This document shows, piece by piece, positions 54,695 through 63,595 of a stretch of DNA of 64,000 nt. The stretch lies in contig CAYMAN010000002.1 of NCBI GenBank assembly GCA_964388455.1, positions 37,535 through 101,534 of the forward strand, given 5' to 3'. Both the position numbers and the translations under genes were made by a program. The stretch comes from an uncultured Eubacteriales bacterium (GTDB taxonomy: Bacteria > Actinomycetota > Coriobacteriia > Anaerosomatales > JAAXUF01). The notes under the pieces were generated by a model, which worked only from the letters and a program-made list of their open reading frames with translations, was not told where the DNA came from and ran no database searches. Within the stretch, counting starts at the first letter, position 1. The number at the start of each line of letters is the position of its first letter.

Positions 54695-56445
54695 AGGTCT
54701 TCTTCCTCCGGTCGCACGGGAGCTCCGAGCAACGCGACCAGTGCCACCAGTATAAGTGAGGCGCCCAACGGGCCGAGTAGCGACACCCCGTTCCACTCCG
54801 CCAGGCCACCGTCGACCAAGCTTCCTAGCCGGACCGCGACCAGCTGCGCGAGCGTGTACGACCCCCACAGTGTCGCACCTGCCACTGACACGCCGAGTAT
54901 CGCGAACACCCGAGAAGCTCGGCGGCATAGCAATGACATCAGAAACGCAGCTACCGGCCATCCGAGCAGCGCAACGTACGCCGCAGGGTCGATGAACGCG
55001 GCGTGCACGTTGGCCGCCATCAGAGTCGCGCGCGCAGGATCCACAAAGATGCGCCAGTCCACTACAAGATACGGCGCAGAAGCGAACGAGGCAGCCGAGG
55101 CCAGCATCGAAAGAGCCCCGCCGACAAGCCCGCCCGCAGCCGCACGTAGCGGCGAGAGCGCGAAGCCGGCCAGCAGCGGCGTAGCGAGTGAGAGTCGCGC
55201 CACTCCCAGCACCGGTGCCGACAGCGGAATCACCGAAGCTCCCGAGCTGCGCCGCGCGACGAACCACCACCACAGCACGGCCGTGATGGACAGTACGCTG
55301 CCCAGAACCCAGAGCTGCTGCGCGAACAGCCCAACGGCGAACGCGATGAGTCCGAGTGCGGTGCCGAGTGCGGGCGCAAGCGCTGCAGCCAACGCGATGA
55401 GCGCGACTGCTCCGCCCACCGGCAGCGGCTCGAGACCCAGCGGCGACAGCCCCGCCCACGCGAGCCACGCGGACTCGACGGCCGCCACTGCGCGAAGCAG
55501 CAGTTCGCCTCCTCGGCCCTGCAGGCGGTCCCACAAGCCGAGCGAGTCCTCCGGATCGGCCTCGTCCTCGATCTCCTCGACGTGTTCGGCGACCAACTCG
55601 GCCAGCGACTCTCGGCCGTAGGTCTCGTCGCCCAGCAGTGGCCGCAGCGCGGCGACGAGCGCCGATACCGACTGATAGCGATCCTCCGGCAGCGGCCCGA
55701 GTCCGGCAGCGAGCACATCATCGATCGCCGCCGAGAGGTCCGGCGCGAACTGCGACGCCTCCGGCAGATCCGGCGAGCGCAGCAGGTCGATGGCAGCGGC
55801 GACCGTAGGACGCATGAACGGGTTATGACCGGTGAGGCACTCGAACGCCAGCGCCGCCAGCGCCCACTCGTCGGTGACCTCGCTGACCGCCGCGCCCTCG
55901 AGCTGCTCGAGCGGCATGTAGCCGATGGTCCCGCCCCAGCTCGGCCCGTGCCCACCCGCCGAGGAAAGCTCGGCCATCCCGAAGTCGACGACCTTCACGC
56001 GACCGTCTCGGGTGATCAGCACGTTGGCGGGCTTCACGTCGAGGTGCAGGACGCCGTTATCGTGCGCATACTTGAGTGCCGAGGCGACACCGGCGATGAC
56101 CGCCGCGGTCTCATCGGCGTCGAGGGGTGCGCCCAGTTCTTCCAGGACTGTCGCGAGGCTGGCGCCGTCGACGTGCTCCATGATCAGGAACGCCTCGTCG
56201 GAGTCGGTCTCGAAGTCGTAGACGGTGACGATGGCGGGGTGGTTCAGCATTGCGGCGGTGCGCGCCTCGGCCAGACCGGCTGCGGAATCGACCGGCATGC
56301 TGTGTGTGCTCACGGGGAGGGGGAGGCGCTTGATCGCGACGCGACGCTGCATGCGCGTGTCCCACGCCAGCGTGACGATGCCAAAGCCGCCTTCGCCCAG
56401 ATCGGCGAGGGGTCGGTATCGGTCGAGGATCAGCTGGTGTTCCAC
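54691..56445 (-). CDS. Ser/Thr protein kinase with a polytopic (about 8 TM) C-terminal membrane domain
   Basis: GEGGFGIV, VAIK, HLDVKPAN, DFG, GTIGYMPLE. The C-terminal ~280 aa are hydrophobic helices with no PASTA. Confidence 0.85.
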   Translation of the reverse strand: MEHQLILDRYRPLADLGEGGFGIVTLAWDTRMQRRVAIKRLPLPVSTHSMPVDSAAGLAEARTAAMLNHPAIVTVYDFETDSDEAFLIMEHVDGASLATVLEELGAPLDADETAAVIAGVASALKYAHDNGVLHLDVKPANVLITRDGRVKVVDFGMAELSSAGGHGPSWGGTIGYMPLEQLEGAAVSEVTDEWALAALAFECLTGHNPFMRPTVAAAIDLLRSPDLPEASQFAPDLSAAIDDVLAAGLGPLPEDRYQSVSALVAALRPLLGDETYGRESLAELVAEHVEEIEDEADPEDSLGLWDRLQGRGGELLLRAVAAVESAWLAWAGLSPLGLEPLPVGGAVALIALAAALAPALGTALGLIAFAVGLFAQQLWVLGSVLSITAVLWWWFVARRSSGASVIPLSAPVLGVARLSLATPLLAGFALSPLRAAAGGLVGGALSMLASAASFASAPYLVVDWRIFVDPARATLMAANVHAAFIDPAAYVALLGWPVAAFLMSLLCRRASRVFAILGVSVAGATLWGSYTLAQLVAVRLGSLVDGGLAEWNGVSLLGPLGASLILVALVALLGAPVRPEEEDL

Positions 56446-56551
56446 TGCGGCTCCCGTCCGGCGGCGGCGTAGTGCGATTCTACCGCGAGCGCGGTGTGGT
56501 GGGCGGGTCGCAGCAGAGGCCTAGCAACGCTGCTACGCCAAGTGCATACGA

Positions 56552-56584
56552 AACGATATCACCAAACACGCTCATGATATCGTT
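56552..56584 (-). terminator. Hairpin immediately downstream of fic (perfect 10-bp inverted repeat)
   Basis: AACGATATCA-(13 nt)-TGATATCGTT. On the minus strand it is followed by tttcgtat. Confidence 0.45.
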
Positions 56585-56589
56585 AATGA
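56574..56589. repeat. Left copy of a perfect 16-bp direct repeat flanking fic
   Basis: ATGATATCGTTAATGA, identical to 57683-57698. Confidence 0.9.
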
Positions 56590-56590
56590 A

Positions 56591-57643
56591 TCACTGAGCC
56601 GTTCTCTCCCACGCTGCGTCTCGACCGCTCTTGGTGCAGCGTATGTCGCCCTTGTCTCGCAGTTCTCCCAGCACACGCACGATCGTCGGACGGCTCACGC
56701 CCGGGCATGCGCGCTCGATATCGGCGTAGCGGAACGTAGTGGGCATGTGATGGATGCAGTCGATGACCATTTCGCGTTTGGCGCCTCGTCCGCCGCTCAT
56801 TTGCCCGACTCGCAGCTCGAACTCCAGGTACGCCGCGAGCAGCACACCGTGCGAGTACTCCAGCCACGGCACGAGGTCGTGTCGGCCTTCGTGCCAGCCT
56901 GCCGAGGACGCCTCGAGCGCTTCGTAGTAGGTCTCTTTGGTGTCCTCGATGACCTTCTCCAGCGAGATGTAGCGGCCCACGTCGCATCCGGTCTGATACA
57001 GCAGCATCAGGTTCAGGATCCGCGAGAGTCGGCCGTTGCCGTCGGTGAACGGATGGACGCACAGGAAGTCGAGCACGAACGCGGGCACAGCAATCAGTGA
57101 ATCGATGCGTCCTTCCGCGACAACTCGCCGGTATCCCTCGACCAGCTCATCGATCGCGGAATCGACCAGATGTGGTGCCACGGGCGCGAACCTCAGACGA
57201 TGCGTGCCGTCAGGCAACACATCCACGATGTCGTTGGGGCTGACCTTCCACGCACCGCCCGGCGCCGGAGAGAACTGATACAAGTCGCGGTGCAGCTGCA
57301 GCACGAGCCCGCCTGAGAGGTTCATGCTGCCAGCACTGGCATGAACGGACGCCAGCACATCGCGATAGCCGGCAATCTCCTGCTCGGAGCGGTCCCGAGG
57401 TGCGGACTTGTCGGCGGCAAGTTCCGCGATGCGTCCGACAGCCGCGGTCACGCCCTCGATCCGGTTGGATGACTCGATGCTCTGTACGCGAGCAACCTCC
57501 CGCAATGCGATGAGAAGCTGCGGCGACTGCCGCTCGAAGAGCTGCTGCTTACCCTTGTACTCGCCGAGCAGCCCGATGGACCTGACGGTCGACATGGGCA
57601 CAGTCATCTGTTCCAGTCGTCCGTCTGTGAATGAGCCGCGCAT
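56591..57643 (-). CDS. Fic-family protein (AMPylase-type) with an N-terminal inhibitory motif and a C-terminal winged-helix domain
   Basis: Active-site HPFTDGNGRLSR (HxFx[DE]GNGRxxR). SNRIEG matches [ST]xxxE[GN]. C-terminal wHTH-like ..RPTIVRVLGELRDKGDI.. Confidence 0.9.
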   Translation of the reverse strand: MRGSFTDGRLEQMTVPMSTVRSIGLLGEYKGKQQLFERQSPQLLIALREVARVQSIESSNRIEGVTAAVGRIAELAADKSAPRDRSEQEIAGYRDVLASVHASAGSMNLSGGLVLQLHRDLYQFSPAPGGAWKVSPNDIVDVLPDGTHRLRFAPVAPHLVDSAIDELVEGYRRVVAEGRIDSLIAVPAFVLDFLCVHPFTDGNGRLSRILNLMLLYQTGCDVGRYISLEKVIEDTKETYYEALEASSAGWHEGRHDLVPWLEYSHGVLLAAYLEFELRVGQMSGGRGAKREMVIDCIHHMPTTFRYADIERACPGVSRPTIVRVLGELRDKGDIRCTKSGRDAAWERTAQ

Positions 57644-57682
57644 GATGCTCGCCCCCCAAAGAATGAATCACATCGTGTCCAA

Positions 57683-57698
57683 ATGATATCGTTAATGA
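57683..57698. repeat. Right copy of the perfect 16-bp direct repeat flanking fic
   Basis: ATGATATCGTTAATGA. AATGAATCAC is also shared (56585-56594 and 57662-57671). Confidence 0.9.
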
Positions 57699-57831
57699 CT
57701 CATGATGTCATTCGCTCTCACGGGATCGCGGATCTCGGACCCCGGATCAACCGCGACTGGCTGCGAGATTGACTAAGCGCTTCGACGTGCATATAGTTCG
57801 ACGAATGAATAATTCGACTGACGAACATATA

Positions 57832-58308
57832 ATGCCCGAATCCGCCACGACCACCCCCGTGTCGGCCATCTCCGACGCGCTCATCGACGAGCTCGAAGAC
57901 TCGATGACGCGCATGGGCCGGCTCATGGCGATGCGCCATGGCGGTCACGACCACTGTGCCGGCGAGCTCAATCCCGTACAGGCGATGCTCATGCGGGCCC
58001 TACAGGCGAACAAGGCGCTGAAGATGGCCGACATCGCCACGCTGCTCGCAATCAAACCGCCCGCGGCCTCCGCGATGGTCGACGCTCTCGAGCATCGCGG
58101 CTTCGTCACGCGCACGCCTTCCGAGGACGACCGCCGCGTCACGCTCGTGTGCCTGACACCCGCTGGCTGCACTGTCCTCACCGAGACCGAGGAAGCCCGG
58201 CGCACGCAGCTGCGTCGCTACATGGAGCTCATCTCGGAAGATGACGTCCGCGCGCTCCTGCGGATTCAAAACACCCTCATCGACGCAATCGAATCGGGCC
58301 GCGTCTAG
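57832..58308 (+). CDS. MarR-family transcriptional regulator
   Basis: wHTH LKMADIATLLAIKPPAASAMVDALEHRGFVTRTPSEDDRRVTLVCLTPAG. Start uncertain (57805 or 57832). Confidence 0.8.
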   Translation: MPESATTTPVSAISDALIDELEDSMTRMGRLMAMRHGGHDHCAGELNPVQAMLMRALQANKALKMADIATLLAIKPPAASAMVDALEHRGFVTRTPSEDDRRVTLVCLTPAGCTVLTETEEARRTQLRRYMELISEDDVRALLRIQNTLIDAIESGRV

Positions 58309-58413
58309 CGCCCGACCCATATACGCACCTCGATACACACCCCTGCACCATCACATGACCTCCGCACCGCCGCACCACACGACTGACACCGAACCCGAAA
58401 GCAGACCCACGCC

Positions 58414-61400
58414 ATGGATCGCATCACACGCTTCTCACTCAAGAACGCAGCCGCAGTCATCCTGCTGGTCGTGCTCGTCACGGCCGGCGGACTGTGGTCG
58501 GCGCTGCAGCTCAAGAAGGAGACGATGCCCGACATCGCCATCCCAATCGTGGCTGTCGTCACCCCGTATCCCGGCGCCGCTCCCGGCGACGTCTACGACC
58601 AGGTGACCAAGCCGCTCGAGAAGGCGCTCCGCGGCGTCGAGGGCATCAAGCAGGTCAGCGCACAGTCCAACGACTCCGTCTCGATCGTCGTCACAGAGTT
58701 CAGCTTCTCGCAGGACATGGACGAGGCCGAGGCCAACGTCAACAAGGTCCTCGCCACCGTCAAGCTTCCTGAGAACACCATCGCCCCCACCGTCAGCCGC
58801 ATCAGCTTCGGCTCCGCCCCGATCATGAAGCTCGCCGTAATCGCCGAGAAGGACGCGGACACCGCAGCCCTTCGCGCCGACGTGCGCGACCGTGTGATCC
58901 CCGCGCTTCAGGGCGTCCAGGGCGTCGGTGAGGCGAAGATCGCCGCCGACTCTCCCGAAGTCATCAAGATCGAGCTCGACCAGCAGAAGCTCGAGGACGA
59001 GGGGCTCACCGCCTCCGGCGTTATCGACCAGCTCAAGGCCGCGAACCTCTCGTTCCCGGTCGGCACTGTCGACCTGGGCAAGAGCACGCAGCCGATCCGC
59101 GTCGGTGGCTCGATCGAGAGCGTCGACGACGTAGAGGACTTCAACGTCGCGGTCTATCCCAACCAGAACGAGATCATGGGCGACGCGTTCGCGCAGATCG
59201 GCGAGGGTATGGGCGCGCTCGGCTCGGCCGTGGGAGCGCTGGGCCAGGGTATGGGCCAGGGGTTCTCGGCGCTCGGGTCGGGCATGGGGCAGCTGGGCTC
59301 GGCCACCGGCGAAGTCGCCATGCAGGCCGGCATGATCAACGGCATCCAGCAGATCCAGTCGCAGATGTACTCACTCAAGTACGACACGCTGCCGCAGCTC
59401 AGGGCCGCCGCGTCCGGCATGCCCACGGATACGCCGGGCTATGAGCAGGCGCAGGCTCAGCTGAACGGCCAGATCGCGCAGATCGAGGCAGCGCTCCCGG
59501 GGATGAAGGCCGCGTCGGACAGCCTGCAGGCGCAGGTCACCGCGTCGCAGAAGAAGATGCAGGCGCAGGCGGCGTCGGTCGGCTCCGGCGGGGGATCCGG
59601 CAGCGGCATAGGCGGCGCCGGCGGCTTGTCCGCGCCCTCCGGTGGCTCGGCCTCGGCGTCATCGAAGTCCTCGACCCCGAAGGTCGCCATCGGGATGGTC
59701 CGCCTCGGTGACGTGGCCAAGGTCACGTACGCGCCGCTCGACGGTAGCGTCGGCAGCCGCGCGAACAGCAAGAACGCGGTGCTCATCGACATCGTGAAGA
59801 CGCAGGACTCCAACACCGTCGACATCTCGACTGCGGTCGAGACCGAGCTCGAGAGCCTCTCGGAAGGCTTCCCGGGCAGCGGCGCCAAGATCGAGACCGT
59901 CTACGACGCCAGCATCGGCATCAACGCGTCGGTCGACGGCATGCTCCGAGAAGGCCTGCTGGGCGCGCTGTTCGCGGTCATCGTCATCATGGTGTTCCTG
60001 CGCAACTGGCGTGCGACCATCATCGCGGCGGTCTCGATTCCGCTCTCGATCCTCATCGCGATGGTGTTCCTCAAGCAGACCGACGTCACGCTGAACGTCA
60101 TGACGCTGGGCGGGCTCACCGTCGCCATCGGGCGCGTGGTCGACGACTCGATCGTCGTCATCGAGAACATCTTCCGACACCTCCAGCGCGGTGAGACTCC
60201 CAACGCCGAGCTGATCCGCAAGGCCACCAGCGAGGTCGCCTCGGCGATCACGACGTCTACGCTGACCACGGTCGCCGTGTTTCTACCGCTGGGCATGGTC
60301 ACCGGCGTCATCGGCAAGATCTTCCTGCCGTTCGCCATCACGGTCGCGCTGTCGTTGCTCGCATCGCTGCTCGTCGCAATCACCGTGGTCCCGCTCATGG
60401 CCAAGTGGTTCTTGCTTAAGGGCAAGATGCCCATCGAGCCCACAACCGAGTCCAAGCCGATGGCACTGTACCGCCGCGGTCTGACATGGTCGCTCGCGCA
60501 TCGCTGGATCATCGTCGCGGCCGCGGTCGTGATGTTCGCCGGCTCGCTCGCGCTGATCCCCCTCATCGGCACCGGCTTCGTGCCCGAGGCCAAGGAAAAG
60601 TACATCCAGGTCGACGTCACCTACCCCGAGGGCACCAAGGCCGCCGAGGTCGACAAGACCGTCCTCGGCATCGAGAAGGCTCTGTCCTCCGAGAAGGACG
60701 TCGACTTCTATCAGTCGACCGTTGGCGGAAGCAGCACCTCGGTCAGCATGTCCGGCGGACTTGGCGGCTCCAATACCGCAGCGCTCTACGTCCGTCTCGG
60801 CACGAGCGCGAGCATGGATGACGTGATCGCATCGCTCGAGAAGAAGACCGCGGCGCTGGGCAGCGAGGACGTCGACATCGCGTTCAACCGCATCGACGCC
60901 TCCGGCACCAACAGCTCGCTGGAACTGATCATCACCGGCGACAAGCTCGCCGACATCCAGTCCGCTTCCGACACCATCGAGAAGGCGCTTGCAGACGTGC
61001 CCGGCCTCGCCAACGTGAAGAGCAACCTGGGAGTCGCTCGCAAGCAGCTCGTGGTCGACGTGGACCAGGCCAAGGCCGCCAAGTACGGCCTGAACGCCGC
61101 GATGGTCGCGGGCACGGTGCGCGGCTACGTCGCGGACCAGAAGGCCGGCACGATCAAGGTCAAGGGCCAGCCCACCGACGTCTACTACGTCCTCGCGCTC
61201 GACCCGCTCAAGCGCGCCGAGGAGATGCGCAAGCTCGAGCTCACCACGCCGCTGGGTAAGACCATCAAGCTCTCGACGATCGCCGCCGTCAACGAGACCG
61301 AGTCCCCGGTCGCCATCCTGACGCGGGATACCGCCGAGTACGCCGCGGTCAGCGCCCGCATCACCGAGCGCGACACAGGATCGGTCATCACCGCCGTCAA

Positions 61401-62049
61401 CGAGAAGGTCGCCACGCTCGACCTGCCAGCGGGCGTCAAGACCGAGACCGGCGGAACCGCCGAGCAGATGAACGAGTCGTTCTCGCAGCTGGGCATCGCC
61501 ATGATCATCGCGATCGGCGCCGTCTACCTGGTGCTCATGATCGCCTTCGGTGAAGCGGTCGCGCCGCTCGCAATCATGTTCTCGCTGCCGCTCGCGGTCG
61601 TGGGCGGGCTCATCGGACTGCTGGTGACGGGGCTGCCGCTCGACATCCCGGCGATGATCGGTGCGCTGATGCTCATCGGCATCGTCGTCACCAACGCTGT
61701 TGTGCTCGTGGACCGTGTGCGCCAGAAGCAGCGCGCGGGCATGGATCGCCACGACTCGCTGCTTGAAGCCGGCTCGACGCGTATGCGCCCGATCCTCATG
61801 ACCGCGATCGCCACCATCATGGCGCTGGCGCCGCTCGCCTCCGGCTTTGCCGAGGGTGCGCTCATCAGCCAGTCGCTCGCGGTCATCGTCATCGGCGGTC
61901 TCACGACCTCGACGCTGCTCACGTTGATCGTGGTGCCGGTCGCCTACGACTTGCTCGAAGGCGCGAAGGAGCGCATCTTCGGCAAGGGAGATCACGGCGA
62001 CGCGCCCGAGACCGACCCGACGCCCGAAGCCACCCCCGCGACCGCATAA
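58414..62049 (+). CDS. RND-superfamily efflux permease (AcrB/HAE-like), 1211 aa, with a ~200-aa Gly/Met/Gln-rich coiled-coil insertion in the first extracytoplasmic loop
   Basis: N-terminus MDRITRFSLKNAAAVILLVVLV, 12-TM RND layout, conserved GLTVAIGRVVDDSIVVIEN and LMLIGIVVTNAVVLVD. The insertion spans roughly aa 250-440. Confidence 0.9.
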   Translation: MDRITRFSLKNAAAVILLVVLVTAGGLWSALQLKKETMPDIAIPIVAVVTPYPGAAPGDVYDQVTKPLEKALRGVEGIKQVSAQSNDSVSIVVTEFSFSQDMDEAEANVNKVLATVKLPENTIAPTVSRISFGSAPIMKLAVIAEKDADTAALRADVRDRVIPALQGVQGVGEAKIAADSPEVIKIELDQQKLEDEGLTASGVIDQLKAANLSFPVGTVDLGKSTQPIRVGGSIESVDDVEDFNVAVYPNQNEIMGDAFAQIGEGMGALGSAVGALGQGMGQGFSALGSGMGQLGSATGEVAMQAGMINGIQQIQSQMYSLKYDTLPQLRAAASGMPTDTPGYEQAQAQLNGQIAQIEAALPGMKAASDSLQAQVTASQKKMQAQAASVGSGGGSGSGIGGAGGLSAPSGGSASASSKSSTPKVAIGMVRLGDVAKVTYAPLDGSVGSRANSKNAVLIDIVKTQDSNTVDISTAVETELESLSEGFPGSGAKIETVYDASIGINASVDGMLREGLLGALFAVIVIMVFLRNWRATIIAAVSIPLSILIAMVFLKQTDVTLNVMTLGGLTVAIGRVVDDSIVVIENIFRHLQRGETPNAELIRKATSEVASAITTSTLTTVAVFLPLGMVTGVIGKIFLPFAITVALSLLASLLVAITVVPLMAKWFLLKGKMPIEPTTESKPMALYRRGLTWSLAHRWIIVAAAVVMFAGSLALIPLIGTGFVPEAKEKYIQVDVTYPEGTKAAEVDKTVLGIEKALSSEKDVDFYQSTVGGSSTSVSMSGGLGGSNTAALYVRLGTSASMDDVIASLEKKTAALGSEDVDIAFNRIDASGTNSSLELIITGDKLADIQSASDTIEKALADVPGLANVKSNLGVARKQLVVDVDQAKAAKYGLNAAMVAGTVRGYVADQKAGTIKVKGQPTDVYYVLALDPLKRAEEMRKLELTTPLGKTIKLSTIAAVNETESPVAILTRDTAEYAAVSARITERDTGSVITAVNEKVATLDLPAGVKTETGGTAEQMNESFSQLGIAMIIAIGAVYLVLMIAFGEAVAPLAIMFSLPLAVVGGLIGLLVTGLPLDIPAMIGALMLIGIVVTNAVVLVDRVRQKQRAGMDRHDSLLEAGSTRMRPILMTAIATIMALAPLASGFAEGALISQSLAVIVIGGLTTSTLLTLIVVPVAYDLLEGAKERIFGKGDHGDAPETDPTPEATPATA

Positions 62050-62062
62050 CCAGGGAGCGACC

Positions 62063-62386
62063 ATGCTGTTCTTCGGCCCTCGCATCAAGACGATATCGAC
62101 GACTGAACTCGCCGAGAAGCTCAAGGCGCCCAGCAAGCCGGTGCTCATCGACGTGCGCGAGCCCTACGAGTTCGCTGCCGGACACGTACCGCGAGCGGTG
62201 AATGTGCCGATCCGGTTCGTCCTTCAGCGCGCCGAGGAGTTCGACCCCGCCGCCGAGACGTACGTGATCTGCCAGAGTGGTCACCGCAGTGCGACCGCGA
62301 CGAAGCAAATGATGAAGGCGGGCTTCACCAACGTCGCCAGCGTCAGCGGCGGCACGTCGGCGTGGACGGGGAAGCTGAAGACGTAG
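62063..62386 (+). CDS. Single-domain rhodanese-like sulfurtransferase
   Basis: LIDVREPYEFAAGHVPRAVNVP and active-site loop CQSGHRS. Confidence 0.85.
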   Translation: MLFFGPRIKTISTTELAEKLKAPSKPVLIDVREPYEFAAGHVPRAVNVPIRFVLQRAEEFDPAAETYVICQSGHRSATATKQMMKAGFTNVASVSGGTSAWTGKLKT

Positions 62387-62410
62387 CAACGGCGGACACT
62401 CTGCGGTTGC
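62386..62410. terminator. Imperfect hairpin between convergent genes
   Basis: gcaacggcgga-cac-tctgcggttgc, with one mismatch and one G-U pair. Confidence 0.3.
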
Positions 62411-62428
62411 GTCGAACGCATGCCATCC

Positions 62429-62854
62429 CTAGTGCGACGGCGCGTTGTTTCTCGGCGGACCGAACGACGAGCGCCTCCGGTCGATGTCGGGTGCCTGCTC
62501 TCGGAGTTCCTCAAGCGTGGGGCCTTGCTTCGCGAGGTCAAACGCGATCAACCTGTCCGAAGCCCGAGCCAGCAGCCAAGCAACGGTCGCCCCCAGCAGT
62601 GCGCACGAGAGCATTGCCAGGAGAGACGTCCACGCGAATGTGCCGCCATTGGAGAGAGCCGCCGAACGGCCGAGCGAGTCGAACGGCGCGAGCAGCGGGG
62701 TGCCAACCGCCACGAGGAACTCAGAGATACGGCCTGGAGCGGGAGCCGCAGCGAAGCGCAGAACCGTGCTCCATACGAGTGCCACGAGTGCTGTCGCAGA
62801 CGCGGTGATCACGAGCCGCCGAGTTCCCCGAAGGAAGCCTGCGAAAAGTAGCAC
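62429..62854 (-). CDS. Hypothetical membrane protein (141 aa)
   Basis: GGAGG lies 4 nt upstream of the GTG at 62854. Three hydrophobic helices. No confident family; the longer track ORF upstream is Arg/Ser/Pro-rich and not credible. Confidence 0.4.
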   Translation of the reverse strand: MLLFAGFLRGTRRLVITASATALVALVWSTVLRFAAAPAPGRISEFLVAVGTPLLAPFDSLGRSAALSNGGTFAWTSLLAMLSCALLGATVAWLLARASDRLIAFDLAKQGPTLEELREQAPDIDRRRSSFGPPRNNAPSH

Positions 62855-63321
62855 AGCGCCTCCAATCTGTCGGGTACTGTATTCCCGATGTGAGGAGGTT
62901 CCACCCGATTCGCGAGAGTCAGCGATTCGCCTGCTACACGTTCTGCGACCAGGCTGCGATCGCCTGCTTCTTCTCTTCGGTGAAGTCCTCGCGCGCGCTC
63001 GCGTGCAGCCACGCGAGTGACTTCGCCTTGAGGTTGTCGCGCATGGCGTTCTCGGCATCATGTGGGATCGAAAGAAGTCATGGGACCCAAGAACCCGGGC
63101 GTCGGATTCCTGATGGAGGGGACGGCGAGGTTCATCTCGGAGGGTCCGGACTTCGACATGATGAAGGACGAGTTCTCGTTTCTGACTCGCGTGCTCGAGG
63201 TGACGGTGACCTCTGTGCAGCGGACGCTGTAGCGCGATTTTCGTCCACGGCGGTTCCTGCTCCGGTTCGAGTGCTCCTTGCCGCACAATTCCTGCGGTGA
63301 TACCATTCGGATTCGCGCTAC

Positions 63322-63407
63322 GCGGGTGTGGCGGAATGGCAGACGCGCATGGTTCAGGTCCATGTGGGGGCAACCCCGTGAAGGTTCAACTCCTTTCACC
63401 CGCACCA
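63322..63407 (+). tRNA. tRNA-Leu (anticodon CAG), long variable arm, CCA encoded
   Basis: Acceptor gcgggtg/cacccgc, anticodon stem catgg/ccatg with loop TTCAGGT, variable arm tgggggcaaccccgt, T-loop ttcaact. Confidence 0.9.
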
Positions 63408-63420
63408 CACGAACTACCAG

Positions 63421-63457
63421 CAGTCCTATCCCTCCGGGGGTGGGGCTGTTTTGCTTT
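63421..63457 (+). terminator. Rho-independent terminator of tRNA-Leu
   Basis: cagtcctatccc-tccg-ggggtggggctg (12-bp stem including G-U pairs) followed by ttttgcttt. Confidence 0.7.
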
Positions 63458-63595
63458 CGGCCACGAGATGGCGCTCCGGAAGAACGTTCCAGACAACGCT
63501 CCGGGTGCCTAGAACTCAGCTGCTGCGTCTATCTGGGCGATATCGTGAGCGCCGGCTAACCACAACTCCATTCGCCCGCACCATTGCATCATCCG

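Noticed and set aside
54695-55534. N-terminal extension of the FhaA ORF (542-aa version), and N-terminal extensions of the 9389, 10419, 12135, 16914, 41754-43160 and 45385-47082 ORFs.
   Set aside because: The extensions overlap the preceding genes. Internal starts with an RBS or GTGA/ATGA coupling give N-termini typical for the families (signal peptides, lipoboxes, SILSDFEDRI for FhaA).
63058-63408. 116-aa minus-strand ORF starting MVRVKGVEPSRGCPHMDLNHARLPF.
   Set aside because: Its N-terminus is simply the antisense translation of tRNA-Leu (63322-63407). Only its distal part is discussed, as a possible decayed ORF.
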